From assembly GCA_003971905.1 (NCBI GenBank), contig RSEE01000023.1, forward strand, positions 62,001-126,000: a stretch of DNA of 64,000 bases, in the 5' to 3' direction. Positions within the stretch are counted from its first letter, which is position 1; every line of letters starts with the position of its first letter. A program made the translations under genes and the position numbers. This stretch comes from Moniliella sp. 'wahieum'. Taxonomy: Eukaryota. Shown here piece after piece: positions 1 to 15,583 of the stretch. The notes beneath the pieces are model-generated. The model ran no database searches, was not told the DNA's origin, and saw only the letters and a list, made by a program, of their open reading frames with translations.

Positions 1-333
1 GCCTCGGAGGTAGCCATCGTGCACGCAAAGCAGGGTGATGGTGCAGACGAGCACCGCGCCGGCGACACGACCAGCTGGCCCCACGAAGAGTGGAGCGCGC
101 CCTGCATGGGTGCCTCGCAGCAGGGCGCATGGCGCCAGTGTCCAGCCGCCGTTGCCTCCCGATGCTCCACGTGTGCAGGGCGGCTGAGGTAAGCAGCGTC
201 CCAGTGGTCCGCATTCAATATTCATCGCTCCTCGCCCGGCGGCAAATACTGAAAACAAAGTCAGCCTGTCCAGCGGACATCCCACCCACCACCACCACCA
301 CCATCTCCTCCCCCAGCCCAGTCCAGCACCGCC

Positions 334-1945
334 ATGGCCGAGGCTCAGGAGCACGCACTGCGTGAACGCCTTCTGCGCCAAAAACTGCACTCCCAGCGCG
401 CCAACTCAGATGCAGGCGCCCCCCTTCCGCCCCTGCCTCCGCCTCTCCCAGCAGCCCAACAGTCTTCTCGGCCGTCTGGCGGCGGCCCCCGCCGAAACGC
501 AACAACCGACCAACCGGGCAGACGGCCTTGCCAGCCGTCTTGCTCCCGCTACCTCTGAAGCGTCAGCGCCCGCAGCTCCCTCGCTCCTTACCCGCCTCGG
601 TGGCGGAACGCCTGCCAAACAACCTGGCTCGCCCCCCCGGAGCGCGACCAAGCTGCTCGTCAGGATGATATGATCCCACTCAACAACAGCCCTCCTTCCT
701 CTCCCCCCTCGCGTCCATCTTGGGTCGTGTTCCGCGCCCGCATGCGGATGAGGAGCGCCGCAGCCCACCCCTCCACCTCCCCACCCTGGACCTCCCCCTC
801 GACGTTGGGGGGATGAACGCCAGGAACGAGGGGACGAGCGCCCTTGGGGGGCGCATCCTGATCGCCGGGAACGAGAGGACGAGCGCCCTTGGGGGCGCAT
901 CCTGATCGCCGGGAACGAGGGGACGAGCGCCGTTGGGGGGCACATCCTGATCGCCAGAGCGAGAGGACACACGGGGTAGAGGTTGGGGCAACGGGCCTGG
1001 GGGACGCTACTTCCCCGACGACGCACCCGCTGGTACTCGTGGTGGGGGATGGGGAGATCGGGCTCAGGGTGTCCGTCGCTCTTACCGATGCTGCTGGTGG
1101 GGGGTTCCTTGAGCACCGGCGGCAAGAGCGCGAGCGTCGGACGGATGTGACGGTGTGGGCCAAACCCCCGTCTTCGCCTTATGTCGACAGCGAGGAAGAG
1201 CGGAGCGTCGTCGGGCGGAGCGCAAGGAGCGGAAACGGCGGGAACATCGTGACCACCGTGACCATCGCAAGCACGGGGACCATCGCGAGCACCGACGTTC
1301 CACACATGAAAGGAAACGGAGAGGGAAAGGGAAAGGGAAAACGATCCTCTCGCCACCACTCTCGTCACGCCACTCAGCTCATCGCCACCACTCTGACAGT
1401 CACCGTTCGGATGGCCATCGTACTTCCCGTCATCGGCACGACGAGCATCGTTCGCGCTCCAAGCGGCACGAATCGGATTCCGAAGAACAGGAACGCAGCA
1501 GCAAGCGGCCACGTCGCTCCGTCTCTGTCGAAGAAAAGGCAAAGCAAAGCGTTCGGACGAATCGGATGAGGAAGTAGGTCCCCAGCTACCCAAAACGGTG
1601 GAAGGAAAACCACTGGACCCCCGCGCATATGGCTCCGCTCTCCTTGCAGGCGAAGGAAGTGCCATGGCTGCGTTTGTCACGGAGGGGCAGCGTATTCCGC
1701 GCCGTGGTGAGATTGGGTTGTCATCCGAACAGATTGAATCATTTGAAAAGGCCGGCTTTGTCATGTCCGGCTCCCGGCACCAGAGGATGAACGCGGTACG
1801 AATGCGGAAGGAGAACCAGGTCATCTCGGCGGAGGAGAAACGGACGCTACTAAAGCAACAACGGGAGGAAAAGCTCAAGAAGGAACAAGAGATCGTCTCC
1901 CAGTTCCGTGAGATGGTGGATACCCTCCAGCCGCCGGGAAGGTAA
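334..1945 (+). CDS. NKAP-family (DUF926) nuclear/splicing protein, frameshifted in this consensus
   Basis: C-terminal ORF 1598-1945 reads YGSALLAGEGSAMAAFVTEGQRIPRRGEIGLSSEQIESFEKAGFVMSGSRHQRMNAVRMRKENQVISAEEKR, the NKAP signature. It is preceded by an R/H/D/S-rich region. The ATG at 334 (MAEAQEHALRERLL) is the inferred start. Confidence 0.88.
824..957 (+). repeat. 45-bp coding tandem repeat x3 (ERGDERPWGAHPDRR)
   Basis: Copies at 824-868, 869-912 and 913-957. Copy 2 has G5 where copies 1 and 3 have G6. Confidence 0.95.
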
Positions 1946-2523
1946 TCAGATATGTATGGTTTCCTTGCATCTCAAACACCAGGAGTGTATCATAGAGGAA
2001 CGCAAGTACCGCTCTAACAGGCAGGCGTCTTCGCGTAGGATGATCTCGGTATCGGCGCTCAACACTCAAACCGCAAGCGAGATATATACAACTAGGAAAG
2101 ACTGAAGGGTGTGTATGGGCAGAGCAGTGTAGTAGCCAGTTTATTTGGTTCACACTGCAAGTACTGGATACCCAACCGACCAGAGACACGACGGCATTCA
2201 AGATCTGAAGTTTGCCTGCGTTGCTCAAATGCTACTCATACGCCATACTGCCTCCTTCCCCGGTAATGCCGATAATGCATGTCCTAATAGACTGAGAGAT
2301 CGCATTTGGGGTAAGCTGTTGGCAGGCCCCCATTTTGGTGTTGCTGCGCCGAACTCCGCGAGACCGTGTGTTAAGAGGATAGTACGAAAAAAAGTGTCCG
2401 GGGAAGGTTCATGAAAGGGTCCATGTGTATGCATCATGCGTACTAGACCTCTACTAGGTAAAGGCCAGCGCACCGGGAAGGTGAGGGGGGTCGGCGCATT
2501 AGGAGGGAAGAAGGGCAACAGCA

Positions 2524-4857
2524 TTAGCTCTGCTCTAAACCCGCCAGACTGGGGGTAGGTAATACACGACTGACTCGGGCCGAGGGCGGATTTTGCTTAC
2601 CCCGTTGGGACCTCCAACGGGCCAGAGGGGACAAACTTTTGTTCTTCCAGGGTGGGTGCCGTAAAAGGAGCAGAGGGAAAGGTCGTGGTGGATGTGGTAC
2701 GGGCATGGCCGTGCACGGAACTCAGGGCGCGAGCCAGGGCGTGTGCCTCGTCCGCTTCCTTGGGAAGGGGAGCGGTGGCTTGTCTGCGCGGTGCCCGAAT
2801 CGGAGGAGCGCCCAAGGTGGGGGTTGCGTTCCAGGAAGAGAGGTAAGTCCCCATTGACCCCCAGGCAGCCCGAGCAGCAGAAAGAGGGGTACCTGTACCG
2901 TCCAGGGGAGTATTCGCGGAATTACCTTGACTTGAGGAGAGAGGGGGAGGCAGGGTGTCGTTAGGGGTGTTGGAGGGAATGGGCGGCGACGCTTGCCCTA
3001 AGGCGGACGCGAACCATCGCAGCCCGGCTGTGCTCGCTGTGGCGATACCTTTGCCGAGGGCAGACGCGCGTGAATCGTCCATGTGGCTGCTAGGCGAGCA
3101 GAGACCCCCTCGAGCATGGTTAGGCGGGCTTCGAACGGATGTCCGATAGGCCCTTGTGAATCTGGAGCCGACGTCCGCCAAAGGCGGTAGGCAGGTGTAG
3201 TTTGCAATGCACGGGTGAAAGGTTTGCCAAAGTGAGTCATGGCGACGGCAACGTTCGGGTCCCTCTCCTCTCGTCCCAGACCTACGGCGGAGGGAGTGCG
3301 AGAGAATGAAGGCCTGAGTGAGTCATGCAGCGAGACCGATGAGGACAAGGGGGTATTGGGCATCGTGGCAGGTAACTTCTTGTCCTGCTGCTCCACTCGC
3401 TCTGCTGAGCTACCGAGTGGAGCAAGCGCGTAATGTACCCTTGGAATTGAGCGCGAAGCCAGTCGTCCGAACCACGGTAAGATAGAGTTGCCGCTCTTTG
3501 GGGGTTACTTTCGTCCCATGTCTCAAGGAGGGCAGGGATAATCTCCTCATCCATCCAGCGCTTGTCGGCCGCTGCAGTAAGTTGGAGCGCCCCTTGAAGC
3601 TCACTCAATGTCAAAGCGGAATCGGGAGGGGGGTTGCGGAGCTTGTTCCCCAGTAAGGAGGGTTGGTAGTCTTTCTCGTTGGCTTGCGAGCCAGTGGAGG
3701 GACAGGGACAGGTGATCTAGCCCGTGCCAGGTGGGTGCAGCTTCGTGGGAGCTTACTCCCTTTGAAGAGGAGGGAATGGTGGATCCGACTGTTCCTTTGA
3801 TGGGCTGGGAGGGTCTACACTGTGATCGTCTTGGTCTCGAGATCGACCAAGACATCCATTTGAGCTTCCTGCTGGCTCAGTAGGACCGAGTTGCTGGTCC
3901 CCACTAGCCAGGAGTGGGCTCGAAGCAGGCCAATTTGTTGGAGAGGAGGTAAGGGTGGAAAACGCATTTCCACTAAAGAGCGGCAAGGTACCGGGTGGTA
4001 TGTGTTGAGGGAGGGTAGCGCCTGTGCACAATCATCCAGATGCGCCAACAGGCCTGGAACAAGCAAAACAAGGTCGTACTGCATCCCACACAAGGCTTCA
4101 ATCGGATATCCAAAGACCATGACCCGCCGTTGAAGGAGCAGTAACTTGAGAAGCACAAGAAGGTTTGCCCGCCAATCATATACCAACTGCCGTAGGTTGG
4201 TACCCATACTCAATGTAGCATCGAGTGAGAGCAATGATAGGCTTGTCCGCATCTCCTTGAGGGTCTTCATCATCCCCCGAGGGGATGTCAACCCTAGACC
4301 CACCAGCCCAGCATCCCCCTGGACACGAGCACGCGCATCAATAACGGATTGGCGTAGGCTGGCCCGCAATCCGTCCTCGAGGGGTAGCAAATCGGTCAGA
4401 AGGTGCGGTCGTTGAGATCGCCTTGCGCCAAATAGACCCTCGTGACAATGGCGAGCTTTTGCTTGACAGGAGCAAAGACGGGGGCGGAAGTGAGACAACG
4501 ACTGCCTTCTGACCGTAGCGCGGGTCATGCTGGCGTCGCGTACGGCCAGTTTGGATACATTCACCTGGCGGTTGCAGGCCAGCCCGTACACGGTGCCCCG
4601 ACTGCGAGTGAGAGGGGCAGCGAGGTGGAAGAGACAGAGGCCCTCGTCGGATTGGTGGCTGCCATCGGGCAAGGCATAGAACGGCACCTGGTTCATCAGC
4701 TCGGCATCTTCCTGGAGCGAGGCAGGGTAGGCCCACTCCACCTGGGGCCTACTTGATGGTGAAAGTTGACGACGGCCACGCCGAGCACAAGAGGCTCTGT
4801 GCTGGCCGCAGCGTGGTGGGGCGCATGTGCGTGCCGAGGCAAGGGCGGGGCAGGCAT
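2524..4857 (-). CDS. AVL9: AVL9/DENN-like late secretory pathway protein (frameshifted; 3' end uncertain, 2524-2597)
   Basis: Fragments VAVVNFHHQVGP, VEWAYP, VPFYALPDGSH, VYGLACNRQ, QKAVVV, LKLLLLQRRVMVFG, LTAADKRWMDE and YRGSDDWLRAQFQGY occur in the order expected for Avl9. Confidence 0.88.
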
Positions 4858-5411
4858 GGCGGGGCGGCAAGAGACGGGGCCGCCAGACGTCGGCGGCGGA
4901 GAGCAGAAGGGCGAAGGCGATGGGGAGGGCGGAGGGCGGTCGCTGGGGCGCTTGAGCTTGAAGGCTGCGTGCGGCGCACCGGTGTGGGCCGCTCGCGCGC
5001 TCAGAGCAGCGGCACAAATTGGCAACACCCGGCCTTCGTCGCATCTCAGACGGTGATCGGAGCCTCTCCCAACACGCGCCCGCCCGCCCCTGCCGGCCCG
5101 CCACCAGCGCCCCACGTGGCCACTGCCGTGGTGCGGCTCCGGCACTCACCGGTGTTGCTCACCGGTCAGCCGACGCCCCCCGTGTCGCATGTCACATGTC
5201 ACATGTCACATGTCCATGCCCCTAGTTACTAGTCCAGTCACGCGTCACGCAGTCATGCGTCATAGTCACGCTGGGCGGACGCCGCTGTACGCCGATTGAA
5301 ATGTGCACGTTCCATCGCCATCCTGTATTCCGCCCCCCCCCGCGCCCATCCCACCACTTCCGCCTCATGCCGGCCCGCAGTGCCCCGCCGCCACCACCTT
5401 GCGCCTCTGCC

Positions 5412-6365
5412 ATGGCGTCCGGCACACTCCAAGGCGCCGCGCTCGTGGAGCAGGCCACCTCGTCTCCCACCCAGTTTGGCTTTGGCGAGTTGGTTGCAGA
5501 GCCTCTGTCCGCACCCTCGCGCCCGCCCCGCCTGGCACCCCCGACGCCCGTGCTTACCAGCTTGCCGCCTCTTTGCCTGCGGCACTGGACCGATTACGCT
5601 GCCTCCCCCGAGGCCTTCTCCTTGACTCCTGTGCAGGAACACAAGCTCAAGCTTCTCTCTCTCATCTCCCTCGTTGCTTCGCAGCTGGAATTGCGATATG
5701 CCGAGCCCAGGGTGCTCACTGCCTTGGGCTGTACCGACGCTCGCGGCGCCGAGGCGCTTATCGCCGATGCGATCGCCACCGGGATCCTGACAGGGCACAT
5801 TGACGAGCCAAGTAAAGTGTTGTACATCGCCTTCGTCTCACCTCCCGAGATCTGTCCACAACTCCATCCAGCAACACACCCGACCTGGCAACACTTGCCA
5901 CCAAGCTGGACGCATGGGTGCAGACCATCAAACGGGCCAAGCGGCGGTGGCAGCACAAATGCAGCAGATCCGACAAGAGCCGGATGAGAAAATGGCCACC
6001 CGCCTTGCGCACGAGGAGCTTATCGCTTCGCGTATGCCTCTTGCCCTGTGGAGAGCTGCCAACAACCCCACGTCCCAGAGCGAACAGCGGGTGTGGACCG
6101 AATCTGGCGAGCGCGGCCCACTCGGGGGTCGTCACCGTGGATAATGGGCAAGAACCGAGCCAAACCCAAGCCGGCGTATGTCTGGGTCTATCTTGCGTTG
6201 CGACCGAAGGGTCCCTATCGGGAGGCTGACTCTTTCATATTTGGCTCGTACAGGAATCGACCGGTGGTACCAAAGGGAGGGCCTCGGATCAAGCGCTCCC
6301 GCCAGGGCCATGGGCCCGTGTCAGCCCCTGACTATGATGAGGACGATGTGGTGATGGAGGAATAA
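5412..6365 (+). CDS. PCI-domain protein, COP9 signalosome subunit 7-like (end uncertain)
   Basis: LVEQATSSPTQFGFGELV...WTDY...KLKLLSLISL...LRYA...AEALIADAIATGILTGHIDE resembles the CSN7/eIF3m PCI domain. Confidence 0.7.
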
Positions 6366-6830
6366 GTCCCTTTTCTTGCATTATAGCGAAGCTTTATGTC
6401 ACAGACCTTCTCACGAGGTCTCGCGGCAATCCCCCAGCAATTCTAGCCGTCCGTCACCATTGGTGAGCATTGTATACTTACATTTTTCATTATCTTAACG
6501 ATGTGAGCTTTGTATCTACCTCGAGATGTTCCCCCACGTCAAGCTGGAAGAGCTGGCCGGAACGAATAAAACGCGAGAGCAGCCTCAAGCCCCGATAGCT
6601 GATAGCTGAGAGGAGATCTGAGAGAGATGAGATTTGATGGAATCGATGATTTCAGACGATCAGTGATTGATGAACTGAGGTGTGGGTGTTATGTCAGCAT
6701 CTGACTTTCGTTCGTCACGCGTCAGTGTTTCTTCAAGGACTGCTGCTACTCCCACCAACTCAGCTCTGACCTGGACTGCCGGGCTGGCTGGCCAGTGTAG
6801 TGTGCTCTTTGTACGGTGGTTGAGCAGCCA

Positions 6831-8573
<1,743 letters not shown>

Positions 8574-9418
8574 CCTTCCTCAATATGTATTCTATTAGCC
8601 CACCATGTTGGCAAAAGCGTCATATTATAGTAACCTTCTCCTTAATAGCCCTCGTCCTTCTTACCACCAACGCCTATTCTCGCCTGCGATTGATCGTCTA
8701 CGCTACTCTGTCCTATACGCTTCAGCATGCATTGCATGCAGGAGTCCCCATAACCGGGCGGATCAGGATCGCTACGCTCTCCCACAGTGTATAGGGCCAG
8801 CGATCCTTGGCTCGAATCCCATTACTTGGCTTCGACAGCGTTCAGCCATTGGCAGATCCACAACTGTGCCTTGGATCTGGGAGCGACTCTATTTCCTGAG
8901 GCAGTTGTCCCTACTATCTACACTGGAGACCCATGGCCCACACTCTACCTATTAATAGCCCCAGTGGTATCTCGTCCTCCCCTTCCAAAAGTCTCGCTTC
9001 AACTTGTCTCGCCAGCCCGCAATATGTCACACTGACTACGTTGCTGTGTTCTAACTTTAATCATTCAACACGATCGCTCTCTGGCTCAGTGATCACTGGA
9101 GCGGGTGTCGCTAAGCAAACTACCAGCCAAACACGACTTGACCAAAATGAAGCTGAAGGATCAGGGCGGGCGAGATGAATCAGCGGTAACACGCAGCCGG
9201 TCAGCGGCAGAAGCGAGCTAGACACTGTCCCAGTGCTGGTATCAAATGTGCGAGCAACCTGCTGAGTCCGCACTGGGCCAGAGTTCCGCTAGATGATGCC
9301 CCGCCCATCCCTTCCATGTCAGCATCAGACCAGTGTGCGTAGTCCTGTTGGCCATTTTCGTATACCCACGTAGGTATAGCCTCCCACCCCCCACCACCAC
9401 CACCTCAATGCCCCCACC

Positions 9419-12400
9419 ATGACTGACTCGGACCTGGTGCTTGGACCCGATGCCGCTGATGGTGTCGTCACCACTCTGCAGCAGCGCTTCCGCGCCGACC
9501 AACCGTACTCACGCCTGGGCGCCACCACCCTGGTCAGCGCAACCCGCTCGCATCTTGGCCAACCTCAACGACGCATCGGCCGAGACATACCGCACCCACA
9601 CCTATGAAAATGCCAATTGGGAGAGGGATGGTCGCGACCCAGCCGACATCCTTCCCCCGCACCCGTATGAACTAGCTGCGCGCGTGTACCACGCAATGCG
9701 TCGCAAGCGCCAGTCCCAAGCTTTGCTCTACACGTGCGTATATCTCTCTTTTCATGCCTTGTTCACGTATTATAGGACTCTATTAACTCTTAAACTTGAT
9801 ATAACAGTGGTATAAGTGATTCGGGCAAATCGTTTCTCTCCAAACTGGTCCAGAACCAACTGCTGCGCCTTGCACCCACCTCTCGCCCTGGGAAAGTCCT
9901 GGCGGAAAACCTGCAACACGCAGACAGATTCTTACAGCCTTCGGCCATGCCAAGACGAAGGAACGAACGCGTCACGCTTTAGCCGGTATACCGAACTGCA
10001 CTATGACACGGCTGGAAACACAACTGGAGCACGTATCTTCACATTTGGCCTCGACAGGTCTCGGGTAATTAGCTTGCCTCGTGAGGACGTACGTTTCATG
10101 TGTTTTACCAGCTCGTCTCAGGAGCCACCCATGAAGAGAGGGACATGCTTCATTTGGACGACACCATCTCCTACCAGCTTTTTAACTCATCTCGGTGCTA
10201 TCGGTACGTCTCCCATTTGAATTATCGGAAAAGGCCGCATATGCTAACTTTTCTGTGTTCTCTCACAGTCTCCCGGGTGGTCCATACAGTGATGACTCCC
10301 TTATGATGGACTCACTCCGTGTAGCCATGTTTGACATTGGATTCAAGCCCAAACATATTGTCTCCATATTCTCCGTCTTGTCTGCCATTTGGCACTGGGG
10401 AACATTGAATTCGGAGACCATAATGGCTTCGACGCGACCTTTGAGGCGGCCCATGTGCTTAATCCAGACACACTGGCCAACGCTGCGGACCTCCTTGGGG
10501 TAGAAAAGAAGGTCTGGCCCAAACCCTCACCACCCGTACTCGATGTATCAAGAAAGAAGTCATCACTTCTCTAATGAACGCAAGCGGTTCATCAAGCAAC
10601 GCGACACCTTGACGCGCGACGTGTATGCCACCCTGTTTGCTTTCATTGTCGAGACGGTCAACCACAAAATTGCTCCTCCTAAAACGGTGGACACTTCAAC
10701 GGTTATTGCATCCCTCGACCTTCCGGGATTTGCCTCAAACGAGGGACACTCCCTCTTCGAGTACTTCCCCCTTGGCTTTGAAGACCTTTGCAACAACCTT
10801 TTATCCGAGATGCTGTTCAATTGGTTAACTACTCGTGAGTTTGAAGATTCAGCCAACCCCTCCCCCGGGAAATGGTAGACGACGACGTCATTCTACCTCA
10901 AGTCATTCCTTCGGACAATGGTGCGGTTGTAGAACTCCTCCGAGGAACAGTGGTGGGCAAATCGGCGGACTACCGTCCGTCGGGGCTGCTTGGTGTCCTT
11001 GACCGTGCCGGCGCCAAAATCCGCATGGGCAAGTTGAATGAGGAGGATGATTCTTCCCTCTCGGCTGATTTGGATACGTTTGCCTATCACACCTCGTACA
11101 TCTCAACACAGGCCATATATGCATCTTCAAGCAAGCGGAACCAGTTCGGGGTGCGGCACTACCAAAACCCCTGTGTACTCTGTCGACCATTTTCTGGCCT
11201 CCGACACGGCTTCGTTTGACGCGGGCCTTGTATCCCTCCTCCGCCATTCCAGCAACCCCTTCATTGCCCGTTTGTTTTCCCGCCCGAGTCTCGCGATTGA
11301 GACCCACCCCTTGGATGATTCGGTCATTGTCGGAGCTCAGGTTAGTGCCCGGCCACTGCGGCCCATTACGTCGTTAGGCAACCAGCGTACCCGTATGGGC
11401 GATGAAAAGGTCGAGTCATATCTCAGCTCTGATAAGATATACGGCGTATCTCGGCAGCTCGATGCTACCCTGGTGAAATCATTGATGCCATCGAGGCGGC
11501 AGGCACAGTTTGGTCCGTCCTCTGTCTCCGAGCCAACGAGTTATCCAACCCAACGCATTCGACTCTACGTTGGTTCGGTCTCAGGTTGCCTCACTGAACA
11601 TCCCCGAACTGATTGTGCGGAAGCAAGTGGAGTACTTTGCGGGCTTCCAACTGCACGAATTTTGCCGTCGCTATGGCAACTTTGTTGCACCAATTGCAGC
11701 TGCTGCTGGTGCTGATAATGCCCGTGGAGAAATACAGGCCTTGGCCATCGCCAACGCTTGGCAACATGGCCTGATTACACGCTGGGTAAGAGCCAAGTAT
11801 GGCTCTCGTATGCTACTTGGCGCAAGCTGGAAGACCGATTGCGTGTCATTGAGAACGAAGCCGACCCATCGGAATCCCCCAAGGAGGAGACTTGGGAGAC
11901 GAGAGAACCTCTGAGGAGCTGCCTCACAAAGAGAACCAAAACCGGATGGGCGAAGAGTATCCCCCTTCTCAGGGTGCTACCCTGTCGGATAATCTGGAAT
12001 ATGGTGGACCAGGCCCGCCAGTCGAGCGCGTGAATAACTTGAATGTGCCTATTCCCGTGGGGACAGGAGGCATATGATGATGCTAATATGGACTTCATGG
12101 GCCCCGCCGAAAGGGGAGGCGACTCAAGGACAAGCCGTTGGACTCGGTGGTGATGGACAGTGAGGAGGTGAGCACCACCCGTCGGGTGTGGAAGGGAGTG
12201 GTTTGGGGTTTGACGTGTTGGATCCCCAACGTTTTGATTACTACTTTCTCACACATCCACCGTCCGGACGTGATGTTTGCCTTCCGGGAAAAGGTGGCTA
12301 TCTTCATTTTGATTCTCATTGCCAACGGTCTCGTACTATTTTACATCATCGGTGTCGGCGAGATCGTGTGTCCAGAGTACAACAAGGTTTGGGACTCAGG

Positions 12401-15400
12401 GCAGCTGACAGAACATGCGAGTTCAAACAATTTTTGGGTTGCTGTGGCGGGCAACGTTTATGATTTAACCAAGTTCTACAAGGGGTCCCACTCAGGATCA
12501 CCTAGTTACTTCAGCATGACCGACGACGAGAAACTTGGTTACTTTGGGGGAAAAGACTTGACACTCTATTTCCTGTGCCCTTTACATGGGCTGTCCTGGC
12601 CTGGTGACAGACAAAGGGTTAGAGCTCACCTACAGTGTCAACTCTACTCAAATCATCGAGGAGGTTCCGGGGCAGTGATCCACAAGTCCGGCGCCAGCAA
12701 GACGACAAGGATTGCCCTAGCTTCGGAATTGGTACCCCAATCCTTTGTGCCAACGATGAAAAAGTACTACAAGGGCGGCTTCGTTTACGCTAAGAAGGAC
12801 TTTGCCTCGCAAGGTAGCTACAGAAACTGGGTCTCTGTCGACAACAGCATCTACGATTTGACCGACTATATCAACTCCCAGTCACAGGCGGCCAATGCAA
12901 GCCAATGGAGCTGGATCAACCCCAGCCTGGTGAACCTATTCCGCAACCAGGGTGGCTCAGACGTACCAAAGATTTTAAGAGCACTCTTTCATCATGCCCA
13001 AGCTCGAGCAGACACAAACCATGAATGCCTCCAAAAGACGTTCTATGTCGGCAAGATAGACCCTCGGGAAACCCCGCGCTGCATGGTCCAAAACTACATC
13101 CTCCTCTCCTTCTCGGCTGTAATCATGCTGATCATGCTGAGCCGCTTCGTTGCAGCGTGCAACTCACTCCCAAGCGCCTTCCGGAGCAACAAGACAAGTT
13201 TGTGGTCTGTCAAGTCCCGCTACACCGAAGATGAAGACAGCCTCCGCAAGACAATTGACTCCATTACGGCTCTGAAGTACGACGACAAGCGCAAGCTCCT
13301 TTTTGTCATTTGTGACGGCATGATTGTTGGTTCAGGCAACGACGCCCCCACTCCCCGAATTGTGCTCGACATTCTGGGAGTTGACAGTCGTGTTGATCCG
13401 AACCGTTGCCTTTCAAGTCAATCGCTGAGGGAAGCAAGCAGCTCAACTTTGCCAAGGTTTACTCAGGGCTGTATGAGTTTGACGGTCATGTGTACCATAC
13501 ATCGTAACTGTCAAGGTAGGCCGTCCCTCGGAGCGTGCCCGACCAGGAAACCGGGGCAAGCGCGACACCCAGATCCTTTTGATGAGCTGGCTCAATCGTG
13601 TCCACTTTGATGCGCCCATGAGTCCACTCCAGCTTGAATTGACCCATCAATGCAAGAACGTGATTGGGATCGACCCCGCCTTTTACGAGTATGTCCTGAC
13701 CGTGGATGCCGATACGCGAGTACGAGAAGACTCCTCAATCGTCTGGTTGCGGTCGCGGTAGATGACTCCAAGGTTGTCGCTCTCTGCGGCGAAACGATGC
13801 TGGACAACGAGGAGAGTAGCTGGTGGACAATGATCCAAGTGTACGAGTACTACATTTCCCACCACTTGGCCAAAGCATTCGAGTCTATTTTTAACTCTGT
13901 CACCTGCTTACCGGGGTGCTTCACCATCTACCGCATCCGGTCAGCTGATAAGGGAAGCCCCTGTTTATCTCCTCAAGGGTTATTGAAGAGTACAGTGAGA
14001 ATAAAGTTGACACGCTTCACAAGAAAACCTGTTTCGCTGGGGGAAGATCGGTACCTGACTACTCTCTCCTCAAGAACTTTCCCTCATTCAAGACCAAGTT
14101 CACCTCGGACGCCAAGTCTCTTACCTCTGCTCCAGACAGATGGGGAATCCTTCTCTCTCAGCGGCGTCGTTGGATTAATTCTACGGTACACAACCTGGCG
14201 GAGCTATCAACTATGGAAGAAATGTGTGGATTCTGTCTCATTTCCATGCGATTTGTTGTCTTCATCGACCTGGTTGGCACCATCATTCTCCCCTCGACGT
14301 CGTGTATCTCATCTACATGATTTACATGGCTTCCACAAAGAGGGCTGCGTACCTTATATCTCCATCGCCCTTATCGCAGCCACCTACGGCTACAGATCAT
14401 TATTTTTCTTCTCAAGCGCCAGTGGCAGTACATTGGCTGGATGTTCATTTATGTGCGTGTTTATCTCCATTGCTGGTATAAACCATAAGAACGTACACAT
14501 GACTGACACCTTTTCGTTCTCTACAAAAAGTTGCTGGCTTATCCGCTCTGGTCCTTCTTCCTCCGCTCTACTCTTCTGGCACATGGATGACTTTTCCTGG
14601 GGAAACACTCGTGTTGTGGTTGGGGAGAAGGGGAACAGGAAGATTATCGCTGGCACCGACGACGAGCCGTATCACGATTCGATGATTCCACTGAAACGCT
14701 TCAGCGAGTACCAGAACGAGGTATGGGATCAAGGAAGCGCAGCCATCGACCCTGATGTCGACTCAATAATGTACCTGACCCAGGCGAGCTAGGAAACCCC
14801 CTGATCACCTCTTCGAGACGAAGTTTGTTGAAGGGGTCGGTTAAACGATTCTCAGCCTTGGATGAAGGGTCGATGACAAGGCCAGCTCTGTCTATTCCGA
14901 TGAGGAGTCCAGTACGATACAGGTGACTACTACCAAACTACCAATCTCCTGCAGCCTGCCCCTCCTAGCCAGAGTCACTTATCGGGCTCTTACACTGACG
15001 GAAAAGGCAAGTGCCTACTGGGCCGACCCCGCCCCATGGAGTGTGCCTCCAACCGTGCCAATGAGGGAAACGACCTTCGGATCATCAGGATACGGCGTTC
15101 CACTTCAGGGATCGATGTACAGTCTCCCAGCCCCCATGCCATCGATGTACAGTCTCCCCAGTATGGGGGCGATGCGTGCCAACCCTACCAGCCCGATGGC
15201 TACTGGACAAATAGCGGCGTGCCCCAATGGCTAACCCAACAACCTCAGGATTCGGGGTATGCAGACGCCCTCTGTTATCCCTGACCTCACACCTCAAGCA
15301 CCCACAGGAGTACCCACCTCATCCCGCCCTGTTTCGATCAATCCCTACGCGGCCCCGGCCGTCCCCCTCCGCGCAGAGACACCGCCAGCCCTCGGACGGG

Positions 15401-15583
15401 GAGATCGTCGTAGCAGTCCAAGAGTACTTGGCGCAGCAGCCATCGCTGATGACCATTACCAAGCGACTGCTCGTGAGGCCGTTATGGGGGCCTTCCCTAA
15501 TGCCGTTTCTATCAAGGGAAAGAAGACTCTCATCAATCAGGCGATCGACGACACACTCCGAGGCAATGTTGAACCTATATTGA
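9419..15583 (+). CDS. Myosin-motor-domain chitin synthase (class V/VII type): myosin-like head, cytochrome b5-like region, GT2 catalytic domain, DEK_C
   Basis: Myosin-like motifs [30 protein letters not shown] and FGVRHY; b5-like [12 protein letters not shown]; catalytic [38 protein letters not shown] (~14040) and QRRRW (14159-14173); [16 protein letters not shown]-like C-terminus. Introns at about 9733-9807, 10204-10268 and 14453-14530. Confidence 0.95.

Noticed and set aside
1..200. Possible 5' part of a minus-strand gene running off the window edge
   Set aside because: Too short, with no recognisable motif.
824..957. Regularly spaced repeats resembling a CRISPR array
   Set aside because: The copies are contiguous and in-frame with no unique spacers, there are no cas genes, and the context is eukaryotic.
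406..1878. 490-aa minus-strand ORF, and similar long antisense ORFs (22172-23137 +, 34677-35966 -, 20754-21812 -)
   Set aside because: They are shadows of recognisable genes on the opposite strand in GC-rich DNA and carry no motifs of their own.
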